Position numbers and translations under genes: made by a program. A DNA stretch of 64,000 nt from Callorhinchus milii (Eukaryota): positions 76,384,001 through 76,448,000 of the forward strand of contig NW_024704743.1 in assembly GCF_018977255.1 (NCBI RefSeq), in the 5' to 3' direction. The notes under the pieces were generated by a model, which saw nothing but the letters and a program-made list of their open reading frames with translations, was not told the origin of the DNA and ran no database searches. Shown piece after piece: positions 12,308-25,558 of this stretch. The first letter of the stretch is position 1, and every line of letters begins with the position of its first letter.

Positions 12308-12738
12308 TGAATCCCAGACACCACAATAATAAATGCCACTGTCAATCGAGGTGAGTCTTATGATTCTGAGAGTGCACGAGTCCCCACTTTTATGAGCAGA
12401 AAAACGCGGAAAATCCGGCGAGTTTTCTTTCTTATCTTCTGCGTGGTAATAGAGGATCCATTGCAGTCCCTTCCCGGGAGTTTCACGGTACCAGTGAATG
12501 TAGTCATTGCCAATATTATTCTTTGTACAGGTAATCCTCGCTATCTTTCCTAATTTGCCGATCGTGGATCTGGGCTGTGACAAGGTAAAGCCATCACAGC
12601 CAACTGGAAAGACATAAACAATTATTAGGTTATTTTACTCTCTTTCTCTCTGACAATCTGATGGTTACTGAATGGCATTCAGATAAACTTACGCGACAGC
12701 AAGACGGTCAGTACACAGACACAGCCTGTCCTCAGCAT
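12308..12738 (-). CDS. TRGV: V10, family A V segment (leader 12693-12738, V exon 12308-12603), intact
   Basis: ORF 12218-12583; 23-RSS at 12269-12307. Confidence 0.87.
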
Positions 12739-15700
12739 GTTTGATACCATGTGTGGCCCAGGAACAGCTTCAAGCCAATTTGACCATCTCAGTTGGCTCG
12801 TCTTCCTGTGGGAAAGATCCAAACCCGTTTGCACCAATTAGAGCAGTTTTGTGGTTGTTTCCTCCTCCCCTCAGAGCATAATACTCGAAGCTTTACTTTG
12901 TCTCTTTGCCATTTATTCATTATTCTAATAACTTGGCTCATTTGATAGAACTTTACTCCCACAGGATTTGAGCTCCTAATCTTGTTTTGCAATGGGGGAA
13001 CAGAGCACGGTCAGAGGTACTGTCTTTGGGGGTGAGATGTTCAATCGATGTCCCATTGCCTCATTCAGGTTGCCACTAGAAATATTATGACTCTTTCAAT
13101 AACAAAGCTTTTCTCTCTGCCCTGGCCAAGATTGCTCTTTGTGTTCGGGAACTTGCTGGTGGAAATGGGTTTGAGTTTGCCTACAAAGGCAGCCACTGCA
13201 CACTGACCAACAGTTACTTATGAAGGGATTAGATACATAGCAACATGATATGGAAGTTATACCCTGACCAGCCCAGCAGCAGATTGACAACAATTCATAC
13301 CAAGAGCTATTGATAGAAACATTTTGATTCTACAGAGGATTTGGTGTTGATATAATTTTCATTGATATCACTTTGCGAAACCTCACACACACTTGGGGAC
13401 ACCAACCATAATGACCTACTGTCAAAGTGGAATTCCTTTGGACATTAGTCAAAAATGTTAATACAGCAAATGTTTTACTTCTTTCAAACACTCCCTCCTG
13501 CCCTCTACAACTAATACAATTCAAGCTTGGGGGGTCACGTAATCATCAATTCTCACATTATCTTCCTTTCTCCTATTCTTTTCAACCTTACTCGTGCCCT
13601 AAATCTCATCCTCTATGAACGTGTCGCAATAAAAATGGAAACGATACAAATGACCCGGAAAATGATTGTTACAGATTGTTAATTCGTGATTATTTGTTGC
13701 AAATTCTGTTCCGCAGAACGTCTTTGATGTCGTAAGTCCTGTTTTAATCAGTTTTTCTGTTAATTGTTTTACACCCATTCCCCCTGCTTGTTTTGCTTTA
13801 GAGCACTTGGAACTTATTGACTGATTTAAAAATGTGTGTCTTTGTGGTCAGTTCGCCCCATGTTCGAAATCTGCCTCCGTTAAGCAGAGCTGCGCCAGGA
13901 ATGTTGAAAGGCTTTCATAGACTTCCACCAAGCAAAAGATTTAAAGGCATATTTACTTATTTTTTATTATTGATCCGTTCACTAGAAAATAGATTAACAG
14001 AACATACCAGGAAGTGCATAGTGACTTGGCCCGTCTTGATCTGTGTTATAGAATCACAGAATGTTACAGCATAGAAACACACCAATTAGCTCACTAAGGC
14101 TGCACTGGTGTTTTGCTCTATATTAAGGCACTTATTCTAATCGCACTCTCCTGCTCACTGCACATACTCCTCAATATTTCTCTTTTTCCAGTCTTTACGT
14201 TTTCTTAAATATAATATGGGATATTCTTCAACTATGGTTTATGGCAGATGATTTTACGTGCCAACCATCCTCTGTGTAAAGGGAGTAACGTTGTGATGTT
14301 TAAAGCGTTACTTGAGTTACTTTACATCTGGATACACGACCACAAGGTGGCAGCACACCCAACACAGTTGGTGTATAGTGCCTCTTCAGACCAGATAGCC
14401 ACCATTTCTATATCAGTGAAATGAAAGTAAATTGTAGGACTCAGAGTAGTTATATGGTGGCCTATGAGTTATTTTGTATTGTTGATCTGCTGAGGAGCAT
14501 TGAAATCTGTGCCATGGGGTGATAGTCATGATTCAAGGCTTCAAAATCAACATTCAATATTGCCACATCAGAGACCAGGCCTCAGTGAATGGGAGATGGA
14601 TTCCATGCAAGAATTTGGTGAATGTACTTTGTGGGGGAGGCGGGTGTGGGGCAGTGTCAGCCACATGTCTGATAATTGTAAACAATCATCACCATACCAG
14701 ACTGAGATTTCTGTGTATGTATGTCTCTTACACATGGAAACCTCTCTTTGGAATGGAGTACACACTCTCTCCTTGGAGGGAACACCCTACTTCCTAATTC
14801 CAGAGAGTATTGCCTCAGTTTAGCGAGCCAAAGCTTGGCAATCCTGAGTATCTGTTGACTCATTGCTGCAGTTTAACCAGCTAAAACCACATAACTTGCC
14901 GTTTAAAGCAAAACCCCGCAAGCGTGCCCAACGAAGATCACCCTACCAGTCAGGCCTTTGGCTTACAGAGTAAATAGGAGCTGAGTGGGAAGTGTCTTTG
15001 TTCCCATTGAACTGTCGTTCGGTCATAGGCAGGGCACTGGAACTCTGTGATCCTCCCGGCTAAGAAAACTTGGGTCTTCTTCAGCTAAAACTCCCTTTTG
15101 ATCTGGTGATATCCCTCCATCAATGGGCACAAAGATTCTTACAAAGAAAAACTCTCCTCTGGTTGGTATTTCAGAAGTAGCGTACAGAAAACCTGTATCC
15201 ACGGACTGGAGTACAGCGCATTTGATACTCAAAAAGGAAGTGAGGTGTATGCCTGATACATGTTTAAAATTCAATATCTAACTATCATCCTGGTACAATT
15301 GGTAGCACTCTTTCCTCTGAGTAAGAAGGTTGAGGGTTCAAGCCCCATATCAGGACTTGGACCTGATATAGTCTATGCTGACTGATTCGGTGCTGAATTG
15401 TTGGAAGTTCCATCCTTCAAATGAAACATTATCCCAAGCTCCAGTCTGCTTTGTGCAGTTGGACAACAAAGGTCCCAAGGCACAATTCAAAAAGTGAAAG
15501 GAGTTTATCCCGGTGTCCTGGCCTTTGTTGGGATTAATTTTAAAATTAATACATGCAGCAAATTAAAACCACAGGGCATTGATTCAAATCTGGAATTATC
15601 CTATTTGGGAAATGATTAGGTTTTTTTTGTTTGTAATTGAATTTTATTCGTTTTCAAACCCAAAATGTGAATATTGTTGTGCAATCTATCACTGATGCAA

Positions 15701-15789
15701 AATGTCAGAGTGACTAAATTAACGTTCCTCTATAACTCTTTCGATCCTGTTAATAAAAAGAACGCAACACCCTCTTTATAGTTCATCCC

Positions 15790-15828
15790 AGTTTCTGGAT
15801 CACAGCTTTCAGAATTGACCAGACTGTG
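15790..15828 (-). other. Second 23-RSS-like signal downstream of V11
   Basis: CACAGTC-23-CCAGAAACT; heptamer and nonamer unchanged despite 4 spacer substitutions. Confidence 0.6.
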
Positions 15829-15946
15829 TTCTCTCAGCTGCAATTAACAATCTCCCCCTCAACACACTGAGACCCAACTGCACCCGAGTGGGCTCGAGTG
15901 AAAATCAAGTTTTTGTACAATCTCTTGTGTGTCTGCAGGTCCTGTG

Positions 15947-16378
15947 TGAATCCCAGACACCACAATAATAGTTGCCACTGTCATTCGTCTTAACTTTTAT
16001 GATTGTGACAATATTCGAGTCCCCACTTTTATCAGCATAAAAACGCATTGGAAAATCAGGTGAATGTTCTTTCTCAGTTCCTTTGTTGTAGAGAATCCAT
16101 TGAAGCCCCTTACTCGCTTTCTCATGGTACCAGTGAATATAGTCTTCGCCCATCGATTTATCATGCATTGTACAGGTAATCCTTGCTGTTTTTCATTGAT
16201 TATTGATCATGGATGTGGGCTGTGACAAGGTAAAACCATCACAGCCAACTGGAAACAGAAAATAAAATCATCAGCATCATTTACTGTCTCTGATGATGTG
16301 ATGATTATTAAATTGCACATAAATAAACTTACGTGACACCAATGCATACAGTACACAGACACAACCTGCCCCCCACAT
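15947..16378 (-). pseudogene. TRGV: V11, family B V segment (leader 16333-16378, V exon 15947-16248), premature TGA in FR1
   Basis: AAT CAA TGA AAA where paralogs have GGA. ORF 15905-16168 covers the remainder. RSS CACAGGA-23-ACAAAAACT at 15908-15946. Confidence 0.8.
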
Positions 16379-17357
16379 ATCTGATGTGATGTGGAAAGCT
16401 TGAAGGGGATCTGACCATCTCACTGCATTTGTCTTGAGTGAGAATGGTCTAAACCTGTTTATGCCAATAAGCAGTGTTTGCGGTTATGTTACTCCTCCCC
16501 CCACCACCTCTTCAAGCTGAGCATTACCTCTTGCCTTTTATCCATTTTGTAACCTATTGGCTCATTTTGTAGAACTACAGATTCTGGTACAGAAGGTTGT
16601 GGGTTCAAGACCCACAACATTTGTGCTTCTGTTAGGGAATAGGGTGTCAGCTATGGAGTCTGGCATTGATGGTCTCACAGAGCCTGTTTTGGCAAAGACT
16701 GTGCTATGACTGATCTATAATTTTTGGAGAGTAATGATGGTGAGTAGGGCCTTGGGGAAATCAGGTCTGGAGGGGACAAATGCATGGAGGAGGGATTTGG
16801 CTGTATTGGGAGTGATGTGAGGACAGAGGCAGGTGATTACGACAATGGTTTTGGGCAGAACTTGATTTTAAGACACATTTCAACCTCCATTTCAAAAATA
16901 TTGAGTTTATGTTACAATTGATATGCCATGAGTCTATGGTTATATTTTACAATTATAGTAGTATTCACAACAATGTTAGTGAAAACATAGGTTTCACCAT
17001 CTTCCATTTACCATCAGAGAGAGCTGATATGTCAGATACTTAAAACGACCTTCTCCGGAGGAATGAGCAAGTAACTATGGTCTGTAAGTGCGATCTTTCG
17101 TGGATTTAATTTTGAACAAAACATGTTAAAGTCAATGGAATCTTTCGAGCCAATGGCAATGCGAATAGATTGTCTTATTCACTTATGTAATACAGTCACT
17201 GGACTGCACTTGAAAAACACTTTGACAAACAACAACAACAACATTATAGTTTAAAGTGCTTTCAGATTTTACCAGCTCTGCTGCAGTTAACAATCTCCCC
17301 TTCAATACACTGAGACCCAGCTGCAGGCGAGGTGATCTTCTAGCGAAAGACAACTTT

Positions 17358-17671
17358 AATAAGAATAATAATCCTTGCATTTGATAAAGTGCTTTTCATG
17401 TCTATTAGTCGTCTCATGTCTATTAGTGCTTCACGGAATATACTGTAAAGTGAATTGACTATACATTTCTGGGTGAAATGCAGCAGCCAATTGCATACAG
17501 CATTGTCCCACAAACAGTCATGGATTGAAGTTACCAATTATTTATTTTCTTGAGGGATTACCATCAGGCATGTGGAGTAAGGAAACTTGCCCAGGGGTCC
17601 GCCCCGCTAGAACCAAACCCAATTCTCTCGCTTGTGAGGCGAGTGCTCTAACCTTTGAGCTACAGGACTCC
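17358..17671 (-). mobile_element. tRNA-headed SINE immediately 3' of the V12 RSS nonamer, target-site duplication AAAGT
   Basis: CCAAAAAGT[SINE]AAAGTTGTCTTTC versus the empty site ACAAAAAGTTGCCTTTC in V3. Confidence 0.85.
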
Positions 17672-17710
17672 ACTTTTTGGACGATGCCTTGTGTGTCTGG
17701 GAGGGCTGTG

Positions 17711-17936
17711 TGAATGCAAGAGGCCACAATAATAGGTGGCTCTGTCCTCCTGGATGGGTTTTATGATTGTTAGAATGCACGACTGATCACTTTTAACAGC
17801 AGAGAGACGCTCTGAAAAGGCAGGTGAGGTTTCCCTCCAAGTTCCTGAGCGGTAATAGAGAATCCATTGAAACTCCTTCCCGGGATTCTCACGGTATCAG
17901 TGAACATAAACATTCTGCACTGATCCACCCACCACT
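17711..17936 (-). pseudogene. TRGV: V12, family C V, 5'-truncated (leader, promoter and FR1 deleted) with W>stop in HWY
   Basis: CAC TGA TAC. The 5' end is fused to sequence lying about 0.5 kb further upstream in V3/V6. RSS CACAGCC-23-CCAAAAAGT at 17672-17710. Confidence 0.78.
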
Positions 17937-18197
17937 GTGCAGCTCAGAAGGCGTAAGCAGGAGCCAAGCGTGAACTTTGTTGGGTTTAACCATACAATTA
18001 GTAAGTTGCACCGAATGGAGATTTCAAAAATTTCGCCTTCAAACTGGAATTGTTAAGGTTTCCATGTGTAAGTGTTCATCATTGATTTGATGTGTTTACA
18101 AGCACAAAATGTCTGAGTGAATAAAATAAGGTTCCCCTTTAACTCTTTCTCTCCAGCTTAACACAATGAACACAACGACCTCTTTATAGTTCTTCCC

Positions 18198-18236
18198 AGT
18201 TTCTGGACCACAACTACCAGGATTGACCAGACTGTG
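18198..18236 (-). other. Second 23-RSS-like signal downstream of V13
   Basis: CACAGTC-23-CCAGAAACT. Confidence 0.6.
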
Positions 18237-18356
18237 ATCTCTCTGCTGTAGTTAACAATCTCCCCCTCAATACAGTGAGACCCAACTGCAGCCGTGTTGG
18301 CTTCCGAGTGAACCACAAGTTTTTGTACGATCTCTTGTGTGTTTGCAGCTGCTGTG

Positions 18357-18787
18357 TGAATCCCAGACACCACAATAATAAATGCCACTGTCATCCGAGG
18401 TGAGGCTTTTGATTCTGAGAGTGCACGAGTCCACAGTTTTTTGAGCAGAAAAACCGATTAAATCAGGCGATTTTTCTTTCTTATTTTCTGAGTGGTAATA
18501 GAGGATCCATTGCAGTCCCTTCCCGGGAGTTTCACGGTACCAGTGAACATAGTCATTGCCAATATTATTCTTTGTACAGGTAATCCTCGCTACTGATCCT
18601 GATTTCGCAATAATGGATCTGGGCTGTGACAAGGTAAAGCCATCACAGCCAACTGGAAAGACAAAAACAATCATTAGGTTATTTTACTCTCTTTCTCTCT
18701 GACAATCTGATGGTTACTGAATGGCATTCAGATAAACTTACGCGACAGCAAGACGGTCAGTACACAGACACAGCCTGTCCTCAGCAT
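18357..18787 (-). CDS. TRGV: V13, family A V segment (leader 18742-18787, V exon 18357-18652), intact
   Basis: ORF 18267-18674; 23-RSS at 18318-18356. Confidence 0.87.
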
Positions 18788-20919
18788 GTTTGATACCATG
18801 TGTGGCCCAGGAACAGCTTCAAGCCAATTTGACCATCTCAGTTGGCTCGTCTTCCTGTGGGAAAGATCCAAACCCGTTTGCACCAATTAGAGCAGTTTTG
18901 CGGTTGTTTCCTCCTCCCCTCAGAGCGTAATACTCGAAGCTTTACTTTGTCTCTTTGCCATTTATTCATTATTCTAATAACTTGGATCATTTGATAGCAG
19001 TTTATTCACATAGGATTTGAGCTCCTAATCTTGCTTTACACTGGGGGAACGGAACATAATCAGAGGTACTCTCGTTGGGGTAAGATGTTCAACCGAGTTC
19101 CCTTGCCTCATTCAAATGGACACTACAAATATTAAAACACTATCAATAAAAAATATTCTCTCTGCCCTGGTCAAACTTGTTCTTTAGTTACTGCTGTGTC
19201 CGGGAACTTGCTGCTGCTTATGGGTTTGAGTTTGCCTACAAAGGCAGCCACTACACACTGACCAACAGTTACTTATGAAGGGATTAGATACATAGCAACA
19301 TGATATGGAAGTTATACCCTGACCAGTCGAGCAGCAGATTGACAACAAATCATACCAAGAGCTATTGATAGAAACATATTTATTTGACAGAGGATTTGGG
19401 ATTGATATAATTTTCGTTGATATCAGTTTGGGAAACCTCACACACACACTTGGGGACACCAACCAAACTGACCTACTGTCAGAGTGAAATTCCATTAGAC
19501 ATTAGTCACAAATGTTAATACAGCGAATGTTTTACCTCTTTCAAACGCCCCCTCCTGCCCTCTGCAACTGATACAATTCAAGCTTGGGGGGGGTCACATA
19601 ATCATCAATTCTTACATTATCTTACTCTCTCCTATTCCTTTCAATCTTAGTAATATCGTAGATCTCATCTTATATGAACGTGTGTCAATAAAAATGGAAA
19701 CTATATGAGGGACCCAGAAAATTATTGTTACAGATTGTTAATTCGTGATTATTTGTTGCAAATTCTGTTCTGTCTTTGATGTTGTAATTCTTGTTTTAAT
19801 CAGCTTTTCTATGAATTGCTTTATATCCATTCCCTCTACTTATTTTTCTTTGCAGAACTGAGAACTTGTTGACTGGTTTAAATATGTGTGTCTTTGTGGT
19901 CAGTTCCCCCTCTGCTCGAAATCTGCCTCCGTTAAGCAGAGCTGCGACAGGAAGGTGGAAAGGCTTTCATAGACTTGCACCAAGCAAAAGATTTAAAGGC
20001 ATATTTACTTTTAATTTTTTATACTTGGACCTTTCACAAGGAAATAGATTAAAGAAAATACCAGGAAGTGCATAGTGACTTGGCCCGTCTTGATCTGTGG
20101 CATAAGTTATAGAATCACAGAATGTTACAGCATAGAAACACACCAATTAGCTCACTAAGGCTGCACTGGTGTTTTGCTCTATATTAAGGCACTTATTCTA
20201 ATCGCACTCTCCTGCTCACTGCACATATACCTCAATATTTCTCTTTTTCCAGGCTTGACTTTTCCTAAAATATAATGTGGGATGTGCTTCAGCTATGGTT
20301 TATGGCAGATCACGTTATATGCCAACCACCCTCTGTGTAAAGGGAATAATGTTGTGATGTTCAAAGCTTTACTTGTGTTACTTTACGTCTATATACGCGA
20401 CCACAAGGTGGCAGCACACCCAACACAGTAAGCGGATTGTGCCTCTTCAGACCAGATATCCACCGTCTCTATATTAATGAAATTAAGGTAAATTGCAGGC
20501 TTCAGAGTAGTCATGTGTTAGTTTATGAGTTATTTTGTAGAGTTAATCTGCTGATGGGCGGTGAAGTGTGTGCTATGTGGTGATAGTCATGATTCAAGGC
20601 TTCAGAATCAACATTCAACACTGGCACATCAGATATCAGGTTTCAGTGAATGGGAGATGGATTCCATGTAACACATTTGTGAATGTACATTTTGCGGGTT
20701 CAGCCGCATATCTGATACATGTGAAAACGCATCCCCATACCAGACTGAGACTTCCATATATGTATGTCTTTTACACATGGAAAATTCTCTACGGAATGGA
20801 ATACACATTCTCTCCCTGGAGGGACCCATCCTATTTCCTAATTCCAGAGTTTAATGGGCAAAGATTAGTGAGCCAAAGCTTGGAGATCCTGTAGGATCCT
20901 GGAGATCCTATAGGACTGC

Positions 20920-21229
20920 GGAGTCCTGTAGCTCAGTGGTTAAACTACTCACCTTGCAAGCGAGACACCTGGGTTCAATTCCAGACAGGGGGAAACCTTG
21001 GGCACGTTTCCTTACTCCACACGCCCAATGATAATCCCTCCAAAACAAAAACAATAATAAATTGGTCATTTTCAATCAACAACTGGTTGTGGGACACTGC
21101 TGTGCGCAATTGGCTGCCGTGTTTCGCCCACAAGTATACGGTCAATTCACTTTACAGTATATTCTGTGAAGCACTTTGAGATGTCTAGAAGATGTGAAAA
21201 GCACTATATCAAATGCAAGGATTATTATT
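20920..21229 (+). mobile_element. tRNA-headed SINE, with reiterated 5' end
   Basis: Same consensus as the other copies; flanked by agatcc; the paralogous site near 27685 is empty. Confidence 0.85.
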
Positions 21230-22250
21230 AGATCCCTGAGTATCTGTTGAATCATTGCTGCAGTTTAACCAGCTAAAACTGCATAACTTGCTATTGAAAG
21301 CACTGCCCAGCAAGCTTGCACAATGAGGACCACTATACTAGTCAGGGATTTGGCTTGCAGAGTAAATAAGAGCTGAGTGGCAAGTGTCCTTTTTCCTAGG
21401 AAACCAGTCCTCCTCTTCAAGTTGTGCCAAAGAGTTAGCTGGCTGGCCTGTCAGAGGCAGGGCCCTGTACGACTGCAATCTCTCTGGCTAAGAATACTAG
21501 GAACTTCTTCAGCTGAAACTCCATTTTGATCTGATGGTATCCCTCCCCCAAATGGCAAAAAGATTCTAAGAAAAAGAAAAAACTCCTCTGTTTGGTATTT
21601 CAATTGTTGCATAAACATAGAAGCTGTATCCTAGGACTGGAGGACAACACATTTGTTATTAAAAAAGTGAGTGATGTATGTGCTTGTTATATGTTACACA
21701 TTCAATATTAAATTATCAGCCTGGTTTGGCTGCTAGCAGGCTGTCTCTGAGCAAGAAGGTTGTGGGTTCAAGACCCATATCAAGACTTGGAACTGATATA
21801 TTCTATGCTGACTAATCCAGTGCTGAATTGTTGGAGGAGCTGTCCTTCCGATGAAACATTATCCCAAGATCCAGCTTGCTTTGTCCAGGAGGACATTAAA
21901 GATCTCAAGGCACTATTCAAAATGTGAAATCCTTAGGCAATATTCAAAACTATTCAAAACGAGTTTACCGCGGTGTCGTGGCCTTTGTTGGGATTTAATC
22001 TTAAAATTCAAACATGCAGCCAATTGAAATACAAACGTATTGTTTCAAAGCTGGATTTAACCTATTTGGGAAACAATTACGTTCTTCATCTTTCTAAATT
22101 GATTTTGTTCGTTTCCAAACCCACCATGTGATTATTGTTGTGCAATCTACCATAGGTGCAAAGTTTTAGAGTGATTAAAATAAGATTTCTCTATAACTCT
22201 TTCCATCCTGTTAATACAAGGAACCCAAAACACTCTTTATAGTTTTTCCC

Positions 22251-22289
22251 AGTTTCTGGACCACAACTATCAGGATTGACCAGACTGTG
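22251..22289 (-). other. Second 23-RSS-like signal downstream of V14
   Basis: CACAGTC-23-CCAGAAACT. Confidence 0.6.
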
Positions 22290-22409
22290 ATCTCTCTGTT
22301 GCAGTTAACAATTTCCCCCTCAATACATTGAGACACAACTGCAGCTGTGTTGGCTTCCGAGTGAAAGGCAAGTTTTTGTACGATCTCTTGTGTGTCTGCA
22401 GCTGCTGTG

Positions 22410-22840
22410 TGAATCCCAGACACCACAATAATAAATACCACTGTCATCCGAGGTGAGTCTTATGATTCTGAGAGTGCACGAGTCCCCACTTTTATGAGCA
22501 GAAATACGCGGAAAATCAGGCGAGTTATCTTTCTTATCTTCTGAGTGGTAATAGAGGATCCATTGAAGCCCCTTCCCGGGAGTTTCACGGTACCAGTGAA
22601 CGTAGTCATTTTCCATATCACTCTTTCTACAGGTAATCATCGCTGCCTTTCCTGATTTGACAATCATGGATCTGGGCTGTGACAAGGTGAAGCCATCACA
22701 GCCAACTGGAAAGATAAAAACAATCATTAGGTTATTTTACTCTCTCTCTCTCTGACAATCTGATGGTTACTGAATTGCATTCAGACAAACTTACGCGACA
22801 GCAAGATGGTCAGTACACAGACACAGCCTGTCTTCAGCAT
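22410..22840 (-). CDS. TRGV: V14, family A V segment (leader 22795-22840, V exon 22410-22705), intact
   Basis: ORF 22320-22727; 23-RSS at 22371-22409. Confidence 0.87.
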
Positions 22841-24968
22841 GTTTGATACCATGTGTGGCCTAGGAACAGCTTCAAGCCAATTTGACCATCTCAGTTGACT
22901 CGTCTTCCTGTGGGAAAGATCCAAACCCGTTTGCACCAATTAGAGCAGATTTGCGGTTGTTTCCTCCTCCCCTCAGAGTGTAATACTCAAAGCTTTACGT
23001 TGCCTCTTTGCCATTTATTCATTATTCTAATAATTTGGATCATTTGTTAGCAACTTATTCCCATAGGATTTGACCTCCTAATCTTGCTTTACACTAGGGG
23101 GGGAGAGTGGGTCGGAGCACTACACACATATATTCTCATAACTTGGCTCAATTGAAAGCAATTTATTCCTATAGGATTTGATCACCTTATCTTGCTTTAC
23201 ACTGGGGGAACGCAGCACAGTCAGAGGTACTGTCTTTGGGGTGAGCTGTTCTACCGAGTTCCCTTGCTTCATTCAGATGGACACTAGAAATATTATGACA
23301 CTATCAAAAAAGTTTTTCTCTCTGCCCTGGCCAAACTTCCCCATTAGGTACTGCTGAGGTACTGCTGTTTTCGGGAACTTGCTGGTGCAAATGGGTTTGA
23401 GTTTGCCTACAAAGGCAGCCACTACACACTGAAGTTATACCCTGACCAGTCCAGCAGCAGATTGACAATAATTCATACCAAGAGCTATTGATAGAAACAT
23501 TTTGATTCTACAGAGGTGTTGATATAATTTTCGTTGATATCAGTTTGCGAAACATCACACACATTTGGGGACACCAACCATATTGACCTACTGTCAGAGT
23601 GAAATTCCATTAGACATTAGTTAAATATTTTAATTCAGCAAATGTTTTACCTCTTTCAAACGCCCCCTCCTGCCCTCTACAACTGATACAATTCCAGCTT
23701 GAAGGGTCACGTAATCATCAATTCTTACATTATCTTACTCTCTCCTATTCCTTTCAACCTTACTAGTGCCGTAAATCTCATCCTATGTGAACGTGTCTCA
23801 ATAAAAATGGAAACGATACGAGTGACCCAGAAAATGATTGTTACAGATTGTTAATTCGTGATTATTTGTTGCAAATTCTGTTCAACAGAACGTCTTTGAT
23901 GTCGTGTTTTAATCAGCTTTTCTATGAATTGTTTTAGACCCATTCCCTCTACTTATTTTTCTTTGGAGCACTTGGAACTTGTTGACTGGTTTAAAAATGT
24001 GTGTCTTTGTGGTCAGTTCACCCCCTGCTCGAAATCTGCCTCCGTTAAGCAGAGCTGCGACAGAAGGTGGACATCTTTCATAGACTAGCACCAAGCAAAA
24101 AATTTAAAGGCATATTTACTTATAATTTTTTATACTTGGACCTTTTACTAGAAAATAGATAAACAGAAAATAGGAGGAAATGCATAGTGACTTGGCCAGT
24201 CTTGATCTGTGGCATAAGTTATAGAATCACAGAATGTTACAGCATAGAAACACACCAATTAGCTCACTAAGGCTGCACTGGTGTTTTGCTCTATATTAAG
24301 GCACTTATTCTAATCGCACTCTCCTGCTCACTGCACATACTCCTCAATATTTCTCTTTTTCCAGTCTTTACTTTTTTAAGCATTATATGGGATGTGCTTC
24401 AACTATGGTTTATGGCAGATGATTTTACGTGCCAACCACCCTCTGTGTAAAGGGAGTAATGTTGTGATGTTTAAAGAGTTACTTGTGTTACTTTACGTCT
24501 GGATACACGACCACATGGTGGCAGCAAACCCATCACAGAAAGTGGATAGAGCCTCTTCAGACCAGATATCCACCATCTCTATATCAGTGAAATTAAAGTA
24601 AATTGTAGGAGAGTAGTCATGTGTTGTTTATGAGTTATTTTGTCGGTTTGATCCCAAGGCACTATTCAAAAAGTGAATGGGGTTAATCCCGGTGTCCTGC
24701 CTTCGTAGGGATTTAATCTTATAATTAATACATGCAGCCAATTGAAATACAATCGTGTTGTTTCAAAGCTGGAATTATCCTATTTGGGAAACAATTACGT
24801 TTTTCATGTTTGTAATTGAATTTTGTTCGATTTCAAGACCACCATAAGATTATTTTTGTGCAATCTACCGTAGGTTTAAAATGTCACAGTGACTAAAATA
24901 AGGTTTCCCTATAATTCTTTCCATCCTGTTAATACAATGAACACAACTCCCTCTATATAGTTTTTCCC

Positions 24969-25007
24969 AGTTTCTGGTTCGCAACTATCAGGATTGACCA
25001 GACTGTG
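24969..25007 (-). other. Second 23-RSS-like signal downstream of V15
   Basis: CACAGTC-23-CCAGAAACT, 80 nt beyond the primary nonamer. Confidence 0.6.
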
Positions 25008-25126
25008 ATCTCTCTGCTGCAGTTAACAATCTCCTCCTCAATACACTGAGACCCAACTGCAGCCGTGTTGGCTTCTGAGTAAAGGCAAGTTTTTGTACGA
25101 TCTCTTGTGTGTCTGCAGCTGCTGTG

Positions 25127-25558
25127 TGAATCCCAGACACCACAATAATAAATGCCACTGTCATTCGGCTTAACTTTTGTGATTGTGAGAATACTCGAGT
25201 CCTCACTTTTATCAGCAGAAAAACGGCGTGGAAAATCAGGCGAAGTTTCTGTCTCAGTTCCTTTGTTGTAGAGAATCCATTGCAGCCCCTTCCCGGGATT
25301 CCCAAGGTACCAATGAACATAGTCATTGCCCATCGATTTCCCATGCATTGTACAGGTAATCATTGCTGTTCTTCCTTGATTTTTGATCATGGATCTGGGC
25401 TGTGACAAGGTAAAACCATCACAGCCAACTGGAAACAGAAAATAAAATCATCGGCATCGTTTACTGTCTCTGATAATGTGATGATCATTAAATTGCATTC
25501 AGATAAACTTACGTAACACCAGAGCACACAGTACACAGACACAACCTGCCCCCCGCAT
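25127..25558 (-). CDS. TRGV: V15, family B V segment (leader 25513-25558, V exon 25127-25428); the only fully intact family B member
   Basis: Leader MRGAGCVCVLCALVL with intact GT/AG; ORF 24953-25408; RSS CACAGCA-23-ACAAAAACT at 25088-25126. Confidence 0.87.

Noticed and set aside
17925-17945. Perfect CACAGTG at the V12 deletion junction, suggesting RAG-mediated deletion
   Set aside because: No nonamer at 12 or 23 nt; GTGCA microhomology between the parental sequences explains the junction more simply.
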